64,000 nt of DNA from Tubulanus polymorphus. Taxonomy: Eukaryota; Animalia; Nemertea. The stretch lies in the NCBI RefSeq assembly GCF_964204645.1, contig NC_134027.1, forward strand, positions 23,956,560 to 24,020,559. Reading direction: 5' to 3'. Below, piece after piece: positions 42,400 to 55,422 of the stretch. The notes below the pieces were generated by a model. The model did not search any database, had not been told where the DNA came from, and worked only from the letters and a program-made list of their open reading frames with translations. Made by a program: the position numbers and the translations under genes. Position 1 is the stretch's first letter. The number at the start of each line of letters is the position of its first letter.

Positions 42400-44456
42400 T
42401 TATCCAGTTCCCGATTCTGACGCGATTGGTGGATCTGTGACACGAGGAACTTGGCACTGGGCTGCATATGAATACTGTGACTGGTTAAACGTTGCGAAAT
42501 CGGCGCTGTTAAACACAGCCGTGTGGTCACCAGACGATTGGCAGATTCGTTTATCCGTTGAACAACATCCGGGGTACTGATCAGTTACCCTACCCAGATA
42601 ACACGTTGAATCCAACAAGTCTTTGTAATAACACGGGAATGCCACAAGACTCATTCTACCGCACCTAAACGAGAAAAAAAAACATATTCCAAATAAATCG
42701 TACTCAGAGAAGACACTACAAGCCCTCCTTAGCTTTAATGGGGTACCGGCAACGCGACTGTTGCAAGCGCAATTCCACCATTATCCACCAGGTTCGCGAG
42801 TGTACAGTACGGTACAACGTCGACGCTGGATTCCTTCTCGATCTAAATTAGAATCTAGCAATATTCTTTTCAAATTCTGTGCATGAAGCACGAAAATCTC
42901 GTGATTGATGAGCTCTAAAGACTAATCAGACTTTGATTTCAATGCTTGATTTGCCTATTTTTCGGATTGGAAGACCGAAAATTGAATACGAAGTAACTTG
43001 AAAATGAACTATTTTTGATCGATTTCGTCTGATACTTCAGTGGCGCCATCTGACGAGCTGGTATGCCGGTACCCCATCATTCGATTACAAATTATTACGC
43101 GTGAATACAACGCGACGAGTAGCCTTTTATAGTTTAACTAGTTTATTAGACGCACAAGCTTTCGCTACTAGTGCATAGTGGCTTCATCAAACAGGGATTT
43201 CACCAGATGAAGCCACTATGCACTAGAAGCGAACGCTCGTGCTTCAAATAAAATAGTTTACCCATGAAATACTACTCTTCGTTGTATTTATTCTACACCA
43301 AGTTAACGCGGCTCCTCGTGCGAAATCAACTCGCAACATTCGCAACGGATGCATGTGTATAATATGTAACATGCATGTACAACTAGACAAACAAATTGAA
43401 ATTGTGCAATATTTTTGAAAGGCTTACGTCTCACAGGTGACGTCACCAGCGCGATCTGAGCAGTGACACATCGAGCAGCCTGTCTGATTCTCGTAACGAT
43501 TGGTAGCGCTGTTGAAACTAGAATCGGGAAACCTATCCACAGTACAACCACCTGAAAGAAACATTATGATTCTGAGTCATTTTCTCGTTCATAAAATAAG
43601 TCAATTACAAGAAATAAGAACATGCCATTCGTTTCATTTAACCGATGAATAAATCGACTGTTTGGTGTATTGATTCACTAAAATCAGAAATTTTACATCG
43701 TCGGTATAAATTTGCTGCTCTTATCACGCGTTTTTCTTGAATATGGAGAAACGAATTTGTAAGTTTATTGAACTATCTTCCTAAAATATCGCATTGTAGA
43801 TTTTCAATCATCGTTGTGAATTAATAAATGAATAAAATTAATTAATAAAATCTTGTAAAATTACAAGACAGTTTGTAGTTTTGTGCATTTGCATAGTAAA
43901 TCAGCAAAATTGATGGATTAAGTTGTAGAATTGAATGTCTACAAGGAAATTTTGTGAAACACAATAGATATCGCAGAAAGACACTGAATTTTGTAACAAT
44001 TTACTTGCAAAACTGCAATTATTTCTAAAAATGCAGGCAACGGTCACAAGAGACAGTTGAAAATGGTGTATTTATTCTACGAAGTTAATTAACAAATTAT
44101 GGAATGAATGTTAGGAACTTTGCTTTTCAATGAACAAAAGATAAACACGACTAAAACTGCGGATACTAATTACGCATTGTCATTGCGGAAGCCCCATTAA
44201 TCTGTATTCTGCTCAAGGCTCAGGCCTGACGCGAGCTACGAGCAATCTTCTCATGATTGCTCGTAGACACGAGTAACCCGAGCAACCTGTTGGAATGCCT
44301 GCCTAACCAGTTGAGACTGGTATGAATCTGCGAGCAATCACCTCAGAGAGATTGCTCGTACATGCAGTATGAATTAATAGTCTTACCTATTTCTCGACTG
44401 ATGGCCGCCTCCGAGACACCAGCAAATATCACACAAACCAATACAGCGAAATACAT
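42400..44456 (-). CDS. Gene 7 (unit B): secreted 12-Cys VWC/SVWC-like protein (152 aa)
   Basis: Exons 44456-44387, 43551-43428, 42664-42400; in frame, GT-AG. Confidence 0.88.
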
Positions 44457-44723
44457 GATGAAATTCTGTCCACACGTTAGAGTCGACTGACAAAACACAA
44501 GAAACCTGGCTGTTTATATCGTATACAGCGGTTTTTTGAAGTGTTTAATTTAATTTTCATAAAGCGAATTCTGTTTGATAGAATGAACAGTGTCTCGATA
44601 TTTCCGGATCAATGGTACATGAAATCAATAAAAAGAAACTGTGGGAGCCGAGTAGAAATTTTAAACTGAATTAGTCCCAAGGTCAATTCAACTGACGTTT
44701 TGTGGAAAATCTCAACTAAACTG

Positions 44724-45352
44724 ACAGTGGAGCTGGATCCAGAGTCAAATTGATCCCTCACAACTGTTGAACTGGATCCAGAGTCGAATTAAACTCACAC
44801 AACTGTTGAACTGGATCCAGAGTCGAATTAAACCCACACAACTGTGGAACTGGATCCAGAGTCAAATTAAACTCACATAACTGCGGAAATGGGATTAAAG
44901 TCTAATTAAACCCACACAACTGTGGAACTGGGATTAAAGTCTAATTAAACACACACAACTGTAGAACTGGATCCAGAGTCGAATTAAACCCACACAACTG
45001 TGGAACTGGATCCAGAGTCAAATTAAACTCACATAACTGCGGAAATGGGATTAAAGTCTAATTAAATCCACACAACTGTGGAACTGGGATTAAAGTCTAA
45101 TTAAACACACACAACTGTAGAACTGGATCCAGAGTCGAATTAAATTCACACAACTGTGGAACTGGATCCAGAGTCAAATTAAACTCACATAACTGTGAAA
45201 CTGGGATTAAATTCTAATTAAACACACACAACTGTGGAACTGTGTCCAGATCCGAAATCAAATTAAACCCTCGCAACTGCGGAACTGAGATCAAAGTCTA
45301 ATTAAACCCACACAACTGTGGAACTGAGTCCAGAATCAAAATGGATCCAGAG
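44724..45352 (-). repeat. 39-bp minisatellite (~16 units) upstream of gene 7
   Basis: Reverse-complement units with higher-order alternation of GGATCCAGAG and GGGATTAAAG variants. Confidence 0.92.
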
Positions 45353-48300
45353 TATGTGGATAATATTTTGAAAAAAATCAATGAATTTGATATTGTAAAA
45401 ATTGCTGCAACTATTTCTTCTTCGAAGTGGCCGAAGAGTCGAGGGTCTACGTTGATATTATGAAAAAGGTTTTATATTGTTTATCTCCTCTCTCGGCAAG
45501 TATTCGAACCTGATGGTACTGAGAATGGAGAATTTATAATTTTTGGAATTCATAATTTTGCCGCAAATAGACGAGGCAGGTAATCGAGGGTGGCTTTACA
45601 AGCTGAAACCTTTTCCCAGGTCGAACTTGGGAGGTCTTCGCATTATTTTTTGTACGATCATATATACATAAACTGCATGCTTTTTGAAACATTTAGAATC
45701 TAGAACATTAGAGACGTGTATATAAGCTATATACGCGTAGGCCTACAACAAAGCAAAACAATTTAATAAAATATCTTTTCGCTAAAACAGCTATAATAAT
45801 ATATCAATATGAAGTATGTGAAGGTCGTCTCGCTGGTATTTACAATGTTATTGAATATCGTTGCAATTCAAACATTGGATCGAGTGCTCGATTTCCAAAT
45901 GAATTGAGTGTCCATAATTCAGGCCAAATGAACGCGGTGTCCATAATTCAGGCCAAATGAACGCTGTGGCCATAAGTCAGGCCAAATCAACGCAATGGCC
46001 ATAAATCAGGCGATTTCTAAATGAACGCTGTGACCGTTCAGGACATTTTGGATTAAATACTTTGATATGCAATCGATCGACAAACCGTTTAAAGTTTCCT
46101 AACATGCAGTGAACAAGGCGTTGGATTGAAATTGGGGGGCGGGGGTCAACTTTCCTAGTGAAGGTGGCATTTTATCCGTACACTGTGAAAAATTGTTACG
46201 GAAGTTTCCGTTTTATTTTCCCAAACATACCATCGACAATTTCGCTATCATGCTGCAGCAGATGAACGCTGCAGCAGATGAACCGGAGACATTTCCGTCG
46301 AGCCACGGAAAAATTCGACGTATTCACGTAAAATTCCGACGAATCACGGATAATTCCTGCCAGCGATGGATTTTTACCGCATAAACCGTTAAAAAATCGG
46401 AAACTTTCCGTTTCATTTTCCACAACATAATTTTGAATTATTATGTGCTCTCAGATGCATATTCTACTCCAATTTCTATTCAAACACGACCGGCTCAACT
46501 ACATGGATAATTTAACCATATTTTACCGTACTGCAGTAAACAGGTGCCTGCAATTTCAATTTCAATTTCAATTTATTCATCATAAATCCAAAGTATAAGA
46601 TTGTGAATGAAGAAAAACAACAATAACATCAAACAGACAAAGAACAAAAAGGACGTGCAGTAAAATAAAAACAATAAAAGGAGAGAGAGAAGTAATACAA
46701 TGTCTAATATATACATACAATATTATTTAAGTGATATTTACAAGGGTAAGCCCATAATAAAATTTCGCGATATTTAGGAAAGATTGGTTTACGTATTCAC
46801 CTTCGCAACCCACGCTATTTACTAATATAGATGTAACATAGGGGGCCTACAAAAACACCATCGATCTATGACGATTGATAAAACACTATACCCGTGTTGA
46901 AGCTGTATAGAGAGAATCCCACGATATTAACGAAAAAACACAGTCCGAAAATGTAACTGAAGCTAATAGTTTGTTCAACGTTTCTATAACGTAGGACGAT
47001 TGGATACAGTTCTTAGGAATAAGGAAAGTTGCAGCCATTGCGTCCACAAATCAGACCATTCACTCATTTACAGCTCACTAATTATTGAAACTATTGAAAG
47101 TCATACAGATTTCACAAACGTCCACGCGGCCACGCCTTCTTTCGCTAGTCACTCCAATTCTACACTATCGTTGTTAATGCTTACAAATATTTGATATGCG
47201 TTAGTGATTTAACAAAGGCTTAAAAGTGCTGACTTTTAAGTTAAGACCTTAAAAAGTGCTTATATTCCACAGAAATATCAAAAAGTATCTGACATTATGC
47301 GATAACAATCGACGGCAGACTGTCGTTAAATCTTCAATACCAAACTGATGACGTCAGCCGGGATTTTTCCCATAAATACGCGCTTACGATTCGCGAGTCG
47401 TTTCGGGATTATTGCCGAGTATACGAAGAAATAGCTTAACACTATTTTGTCATTTCTGTAGTTAAGTCGCGGCCTCTCACCGGCTAACCTAATATCCAGC
47501 ACCCACACAGGCCTGTCGCAGAAACGAAAAAGGAATCCGACAAACCACGTAACCCAGAAAAAACGGTTAGACTGCTGGAAGAAGCGGTCTATCAATCGTA
47601 AAGCAAGAATCGAATTGACTAGATAAATAACGAAAAGATGTCGAAATATCTGTTTAAAGGGGAGCAATCTCGATCACACCTACGCACGTCGACAAGGAGT
47701 TTCAGCAAGAACCTTAGTGCCTGATGTAGCATCAGAGTACACTATGATCGTAGAGCAACGGCGATCACTGTCCACTACAGGACTGGGTGAACCAGGAGTA
47801 AGCCAACGCAGTGACGGAAGTGACGACAATCTCGTAGAATCTGGCGAATTGTACTTAATGAATAAAGTTGATTCGTAAATATGTATACTGCCTGTTTCAA
47901 TTGAAGAACCAGTGCTTTCGTGGGGCATGGTCCGCTGCATCGATTGTCTCTACGCAGTCATCATCTCTTGCAAGGGGTCCGGTATCTCCCCGAGCCAGCG
48001 GCGAACCGCTTAAGCGAGTTCGAATCCATTGACGAGAAAATATCCTGCGCAGTAGGAATAGCAGATAGGCTATCTGCAGGAAATCGGTTGTAAACCGAAC
48101 CAGACTACTTCGAATACAGCTAAAACAATTTCAATCATATCGTTAAACTGAACTTGAACATTTATTTACATTTTGAAATTATATACATTATACATGTATA
48201 CTAGTAACTGTACAACTACACGTCGCATTTTCAATACAAGGGCACGACCATTGCGACGCAGGCCAACAATGTTTTCACAAAGTCACATAATCCAGATAAA

Positions 48301-49015
48301 AAACAACAAAACGACTATCGTCCTATCCCAAAGTTCAAAAAGTTTTGACTGAAGATTAAAACGTAGAAGATTTGTACCTGACGCTCTGTTGTCGTTAAGT
48401 ATCCGACATTCTGTCCTAAAGAAATATTGCCTAGCATTAAAATTTTTAAAAGCCTTATCGTCGGAAAACAAGCATTATTTCTGTAGTACACAAGTCGGTT
48501 GTTGTATCCACATTGCTATTCCCATGGATCAGAATCTATCTTCAGTTGGATCTAACATCATGAAAACGGATGCTATACTTGCCACAAGAATGGTTTCCAG
48601 ATTTTGAAACTCATCTGAATTCTGGATTGTTTCGTGGCCGTAATGTCAAAACGTTCCTCAAAAAATGATCCTCGCGACGCGGGTGGCAAAACATCTTCCC
48701 CTCCTTCACAGAGTTTTGGACCAGGACTGCGGCATAGTATTAGTGCTACCACAAACCAGAGGATACTAACAAATAACTAGATCCTATCGATTTTTATATG
48801 TTTTATTTTTGCCACATATTCAAAATAAATCAAAGACAATACCTTGGTCAAATATCATTGAACCTGGACTTAGTAACATAGATTTTAAAATAACTGATCG
48901 TTGAATGTGCCAAAAGGTTATAATGTTATTAGATCCGCACACAAGTAAAAGGTTTCAATTTCAAATTATCAAAATGGCTGCTGTATATATGCGGAGCTGA
49001 GACAGTTACCGGACG

Positions 49016-51583
49016 TTATCCAGTTCCCGATTCTGACGCGATTGGTGGATCTGTGACACGAGGAACTTGGCACTGGGCTGCATATGAATACTGTGACTGG
49101 TTAAACGTTGCGAAATCGGCGCTGTTAAACACAGCCGTGTGGTCACCAGACGATTGGCAGATTCGGTTATCCGTTGAACAACATCCGGGGTACTGATCAG
49201 TTACCCTACCCAGATAACACGTTGAATCCAACAAGTCTTTGTAATAACACGGCAATGCCAGAAAATCCATTCTACCGCATCTAAACGAGAAAAAAAAACA
49301 TATTCCAAATAAATCGTACTCAGAAAAGACACTACAAGCCCTCCTTAGCTTTAATGGGGTACCAGCAACGCGACTGTTGCAAGCGTAATTCCGCCATTAT
49401 CCACCAGGTTCGCGAGTGTAGAGTACGGTACGACGACTTAGGAACTAGTATATTTGAATTTAGGGTCGGGTCCTATATTTTACCTGTGAACAAATTTTCA
49501 AACCTTCATTTAGACAGAGCCGATAGAATATGCCCCACTTCTAATACTTTAGGTGACGAATCCCATTTTCTGTTTGACTGTACCTTACTTAACGAACAAC
49601 GCAAAAAATTGTTGAATTTGAATACCTTTAATACCCTTGATATTCTGAAAAACCCAACGGTCAACTTGGCTAAATTCATTAAGACCGGCTTAGATGTATA
49701 TAGATCCCTCCAATAGTATATATAGTATTGTAAATAGTTGATGTATATAATAGTATATATAGTATTGTAAATAGTTGATGTATATATATTTCGTTACGTT
49801 TTCATTCTCTAAATTTTAATCACTTCAGTGTTGTTTTGTAAATATTTGTATATACATGTGTAATAGTTTTCCTCCATATACCATGGAAATAGTTGGAGTG
49901 TAAATAAATCGTAATCGTAATCGTAATCGTACGACGTCGCCGCTGGATTCCATCTCGATCTAAATTAGAATCTAGCAATGATTTCTCAAATTCTGTGCAT
50001 GAAGCACGAAAATATCGTGATAGATGAGCTCTAAAGACTTATCAGACTTTGATTTCAATGCTTGATTTGCCTATTTTTCGGATTTGAAGACCGAAAATTG
50101 AATACGAAGTAACTGAACTATGGAAATGAACTATTTTTGATCGATTTCGTCTGATATCTCAGTGGATATCGACGACTGATATCTCTGACGAGCTGGTATG
50201 CCGGACCCCATCATTCGATTACAAATTATTACGCGACGAGTTGCCTTTTATAGTTTAACTAGTTCATTAGACGCACAAGCTTTCGCTACTAGTGCATAGT
50301 GGCTTCATCAAACAGGGATTTCACCAGATGAAGCCACTATGCACTAGAAGCGAACGCTCGTGCTTCAAATAAAATAGTTTACCCATGAAATACTACTCTT
50401 TTCGTTGTATTTATTCTACACCAAGTTAACGCGGCTCCTCGTGCGAAATCAACTCGCAACATTCGCAACGGAGGCATGTGTATAATATGTAACATGCATG
50501 TACAACTAGGCAAACAAATTGAAATTGTGCAATATTTTTGAAAGGCTTACGTCTCACAGGTGACGTCACCAGCGCGATCTGAGCAGTGACACATCGAGCA
50601 GCCTGTCTGATTCTCGTAACGATTGGTAGCGCTGTTGAAACTAGAATCGGGAAACCTATCCACAGTGCAACCACCTGAAAGAAACATTATGATTCTGAGT
50701 CATTTTCTCGTTCATAAAATAGTCAATTACAAGAAATAAGAACATGCCATTCGTTTCATTTAACCGATGAATAAATCGACTGTTTGGTGTATTGATTCAC
50801 TAAAATCAGAAATTTTACATCGTCGGTATAAATTTGCTGCTCTTATCACGCGTTTTTCTTGAATATGGAGAAACGAATTTGTAAGTTTATTGAACTATCT
50901 TCCTAAAATATCGCATTGTAGATTTACAACCATCGTTGTGAATTTCGTTAATAAATGAATAAAATTAATTAATAAAATCTTGTAAAATTACAAGACGGTT
51001 TGTAGTTTTGTGCATTTGCATAGTAAATCAGCAAAATTGATGGATTAAGTTGTAGAATTGAATGTCTACAAGGAAATTTTGTGAAACACAATAGATATCG
51101 CAGAAAGACACTGAATTTTGTAACAATTTACTTGCAAAACTACAATTATTTCTAAAAATGCAGGCAACGGTCACAAGAGACAGTTGAAAATGGTGTATTT
51201 ATTCTACGAAGTTAATTAACAAATTATGGAATGAATGTTAGGAACTTTGCTTTTCAATGAACAAAAGATAAACACGACTAAAACTGCGGATACTAATTAC
51301 GCATTGTCATTGCGGAAGCCCCATTAATCTGTATTCTGCTCAAGGCTCAGGCCTGACGCGAGCTACGAGCAATCTTCTCATGATTGCTCGTAGACACGAG
51401 TAACCCGAGCAACCTGTTGGAATGCCTGCCTAACTAGTTGGGACTGGTATGAATCTGCGAGCAATCATCTCAGAGAGATAGCTCGGACATGCAGTATGAA
51501 TTAACAGTCTTACCTATTTCTCGACTGATGGCCGCCTCCGAGACACCAGCAAATATCACACAAACCAATACAGCGAAATACAT
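49016..51583 (-). CDS. Gene 8 (unit C): secreted 12-Cys VWC/SVWC-like protein (152 aa)
   Basis: Exons 51583-51514, 50674-50551, 49280-49016; in frame, GT-AG. Confidence 0.88.
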
Positions 51584-51851
51584 GATGAAATTCTGTCCAC
51601 ACGTTAGAGTCGACTGACAAAACACAAGAAAACTGGCTGTTTATATCGTATACAGCGGTTTTTTGAAGTGTTGAATTTAATTTTCATAAAGCGATTTCTG
51701 TTTGATAGAATGAACAGTGTCTCGATATTTCCGGATCAATGGTACATGAAATCAATAAAAAGAAACTCTGGGAGCCGAGTAGAAATTTTAAACTGAATTA
51801 GTCCCAAGGTCAATTCAACTGACGTTTTGTGGAAAATCTCAACTAAACTGA

Positions 51852-52170
51852 CTGTGGAGCTGGATTCAGAGTCAAATTGAACCCTCACAACGGTTGAACT
51901 TGATCCAGAGTCATATTAGAGCCACATAACTGTGAAACTGGGATTAAAGCCTGATTAGACCCACACGACTGAGAAACTGGATCCAGAGTCGAATTAAACC
52001 CACACAACTGCGGAACTGGATCTACCAGATCCAAAATCAAATTAAACCCTCACAACTGCGGAAATGGGATTAAAGCCTAACTAAACCCACACAACTGTGG
52101 AACTGGGATTAAAGTCTAATTAAACACACACAACTGTGGAACTGAGTCCAGAATCAAAATGGATCCAGAG
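51852..52170 (-). repeat. 39-bp minisatellite (~8 units) upstream of gene 8
   Basis: Same reverse-complement units as in unit A. Confidence 0.9.
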
Positions 52171-54984
52171 TATGTGGATAATATTTTGAAAAAAATCAAT
52201 GAATTTGATATTGTAAAAATTGCTGCAACTATTTCTTCTTCGAAGTGGCCGAAGAGTCGAAGGTCTACGTTGATATTATGAAAAAGGTTTCATATTGTTT
52301 ATCTCCTCTCTCAGCATAGTATTCGAACCTGATGGTACTGAGAATGGAGAATTTATAATTTTTGGAATTCATAATTTTGCCGCAAATAGACGAGGCAGGT
52401 AATCGAGGGTGGCTTTACAAGCTGAAACCTTTTCCCAGGTCGAACTTGGGAGGTCTTCGCATTATTTTTCGTACGATCATATATACATAAACTGCATGCT
52501 TTTTGAAACATTTAGAATCTAGAACATTAGATACATGTCTATAAGCTATATTCGCGTAGGCCTACAACAAAGCAAAACAATTTAATAAAATATCTTTTCG
52601 CTAAAACAGCTATAATAATATATCAATATGAAGTATGTGAATGTCGCCCCGCTGGTATTTACAATGTTATTGAATATCGTTGCAATTCAAACATTGGATC
52701 GAGTGCTCGATTTCTACATGAAATGAGTGTCCATAATTCAGGCAAAATGAACGCTGTGGCAATAATTCAGGCCAAATGAACGCTGTGGCCATAAATCAGG
52801 CGATTTCTAAATGAACGCTGTGACCGTTCAGGACATGTTGGATTAAATACTTTGATATGCTTAACATGCAATCGAACGACAAACCGTTTAAAGTTTCATA
52901 ACATGCAGTGAACAAGGCGTTGGATTGAAATTGGGGGGGGGGGGCGGGGGTCAACTTTCCTAGTGAAGGTGGCATTTTATCCGTACACTGTGAAAAATTG
53001 TTACGGAAGTTTCCGTTTTATTTTCCCAAACATACCATCGACAATTTAGCTATCATGCTGCAGCAGATGAACGCTGCAGCAGATGAACCGGAGACATTTC
53101 CGTCGAGCCACGGAAAAATTAGCGTATTCACGTAAAATTCCGACGAATCACGGATAATTCCTGCCATCGATGGATTTTTACCGCATAAACCGTTAAAAAA
53201 TCGGAAACTTTCCGTTTCATTTTCCACAACATGATTTTGAATTATTATGTGCTCTCAGATGCAATATGGGGCCATATTCTACTTCAATTTCTATTCAAAC
53301 ACGACCGGCTCAACTACATGGATAATTTAACCATATTTTACCGTACTGCAGTAAACAGCAATTTCAATTTCAATTTCAATTTATTTATCATAAATCCAAA
53401 GTATAAGATTGTGAATGAAGAAGAACAACAATAACAACAAACAGACAAAGAACAAAAAGAATGTGCAATAAAAGAAAAGAAAAAGGAGAGAGAAGTAATA
53501 CAATGTTTATATATACATACAACATTATTTAAGTGATATTTACAAGGGTAAGCCCATAATATATAAATTTCGCGATATTTAGGAAGATTGGTTTACGTAT
53601 GCACCTTCGCAACCCACGCTATTTTCTTACATAGAAGTAACAAAGGGGGCCTACAAAAACATCATCGATCTATGACGATTGATAAAAAACTATACCCGTG
53701 TTGAAGCTGAGTAGATAGAATCCCACGATAATAACGAAAAAACACAGTCCGAAAATGTAACTGAAGCTAATAGTTTGTTCAACGTTTCTATAACGTAGGA
53801 CGATTGGATACAGTTCTTAGGAATAAGGAAAGTTTCAGCCATTGCGTCCACAAATCAGACCATTCACTCATTTACAGCTTACTAATTATTGAAACTATTG
53901 AAAGTCATACAGATTTCACAAACGTCCACGCGGCCACGCCTTCTTTCGCTAGTCACTCCAATTCTACACTAACGTTGTTAATGCTTACAAATATTTGATA
54001 TGCGTTAGTGATTTAACAAAGGCTTAAAAGTGCTGACTTTTTAGTTAAGACCTTAAAAAGTGCTTATATTCCACAGAAATATCAAAAAGTATCAAATTCA
54101 TAATTATTTTTCTGACATTATGCGTAATGCCAATATTGGCTTTGACGATTTATCTTGTGGATTTGGACGAGGTTCGCGGTTCTAAATGATAATTAAAGTA
54201 ACACGTCTGTATTACATGAAAAGCTCTTTTTTCTGGTCCCAATGAATTCAAGTTGAGCGGAGTCTGTGACAAATATTTGCTTCATTTAAAATAGCTCTCG
54301 AGCCGATGGTAAGCATGTCCTTGCAATTTGTATGAAATTATGTCTATATCTGAACTTTTAATCTCGAAATCTCGACTTTATAAACTCGAAATTTCGACTT
54401 TTAAAGTCGAAATTTTATACAATACACATTACATGTTACATAATATGACATACAAGGTGGCAAGAAGATGGCCAAAAAACCAGAAATGATTTCGCAGGAG
54501 GTTTTTGGAAGTAAGATCAGTTGATAGATCTGATACAATTAGTTACGCTTTTCAGAATAATTCAGAATCGATAAAGGAAAAAAGAGAAATATAGCGCAAT
54601 GTGAGCCTAACCGATGAAGAATTCAGTGGGGGGGGGGGGGGGTGGTGTTATAACAGTTTATTTACTTCTCAACGGGCATATTGGTTCTTGTACTTTTCCC
54701 CGTTGAGAAGTCCCTGAAGTGCGTATAGACTTGGTCACCTAGTAGCACTGAGGTAATTGTTTAATGACTTAAGTTACATTCTAGAATAGAATGATGGAAC
54801 TGGTCACCGATGAGGTTCATATTGCACTTGTCGCATACACGTTCATCCCTTGGAATATAATATATCTCTTATATTATTCCCTGTATGTTATTTCTAGGAC
54901 CTTAGCATGTATTTATTTTGTATATACTATTGACTTTGTTTCATGAAATGTATTTGTACTAAAAAGAAATCCCTTGGAATATCA

Positions 54985-55254
54985 CATCCTCGCTTGCCAG
55001 GGGTCCGGTATCACTCCCGAACTCGCTTCCACCAGCCCCCTGGCCTCACAAAGCGTGATTTCATTACTGGCGCTGTTGGTCCATTTAACGGGAAAACCAA
55101 TAAAAGCTTAAAAGTCGTTTGTTACAAATGCTGTGATTGGTACGACCGGATTCTGGTCGGCTAGTAACGACTCCGACGACTCGTGAGGTCAAGGGGTTCT
55201 GTTCGGCGAACAGCTTTAGCGTAGTGGGTTCGAATCCCTTGACGGGTGCAGATG
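54985..55254. mobile_element. Second copy of the 9-bp-TSD DNA transposon (opposite orientation to 26357-26683)
   Basis: CATCCTCGCTTGCCAGGGG...GACGGGTGCAGATG flanked by GGAATATCA on both sides. Confidence 0.85.
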
Positions 55255-55422
55255 GGAATATCATGGCAAAGACTGAGTTCGTCTGGGGTAAGACGTTAAA
55301 TCCGAATCGAGAAAGACTCAGTGATTGAAGAACAATGGAACACGCGCACAATACATATGAATTTAACGTTTATTGCGAGCACTGAATGCATATCTTCTGT
55401 ATCGACATGTAGAGATAGATCG

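Larger units (their letters stand above)
33951..54124 (+). repeat. Tandem segmental triplication: units A 33951-40683, B 40684-47298, C 47299-54124
   Basis: Each unit starts GCGATAACAATCGACGGCAGACTG and ends CTGACATTAT(GCG). The ORF track repeats near-identically across units. Confidence 0.95.

Noticed and set aside
55215-55250. tRNA gene suggested by GGTTCGAATCCC
   Set aside because: No cloverleaf or A-box seen; it lies inside a TSD-flanked repeat.
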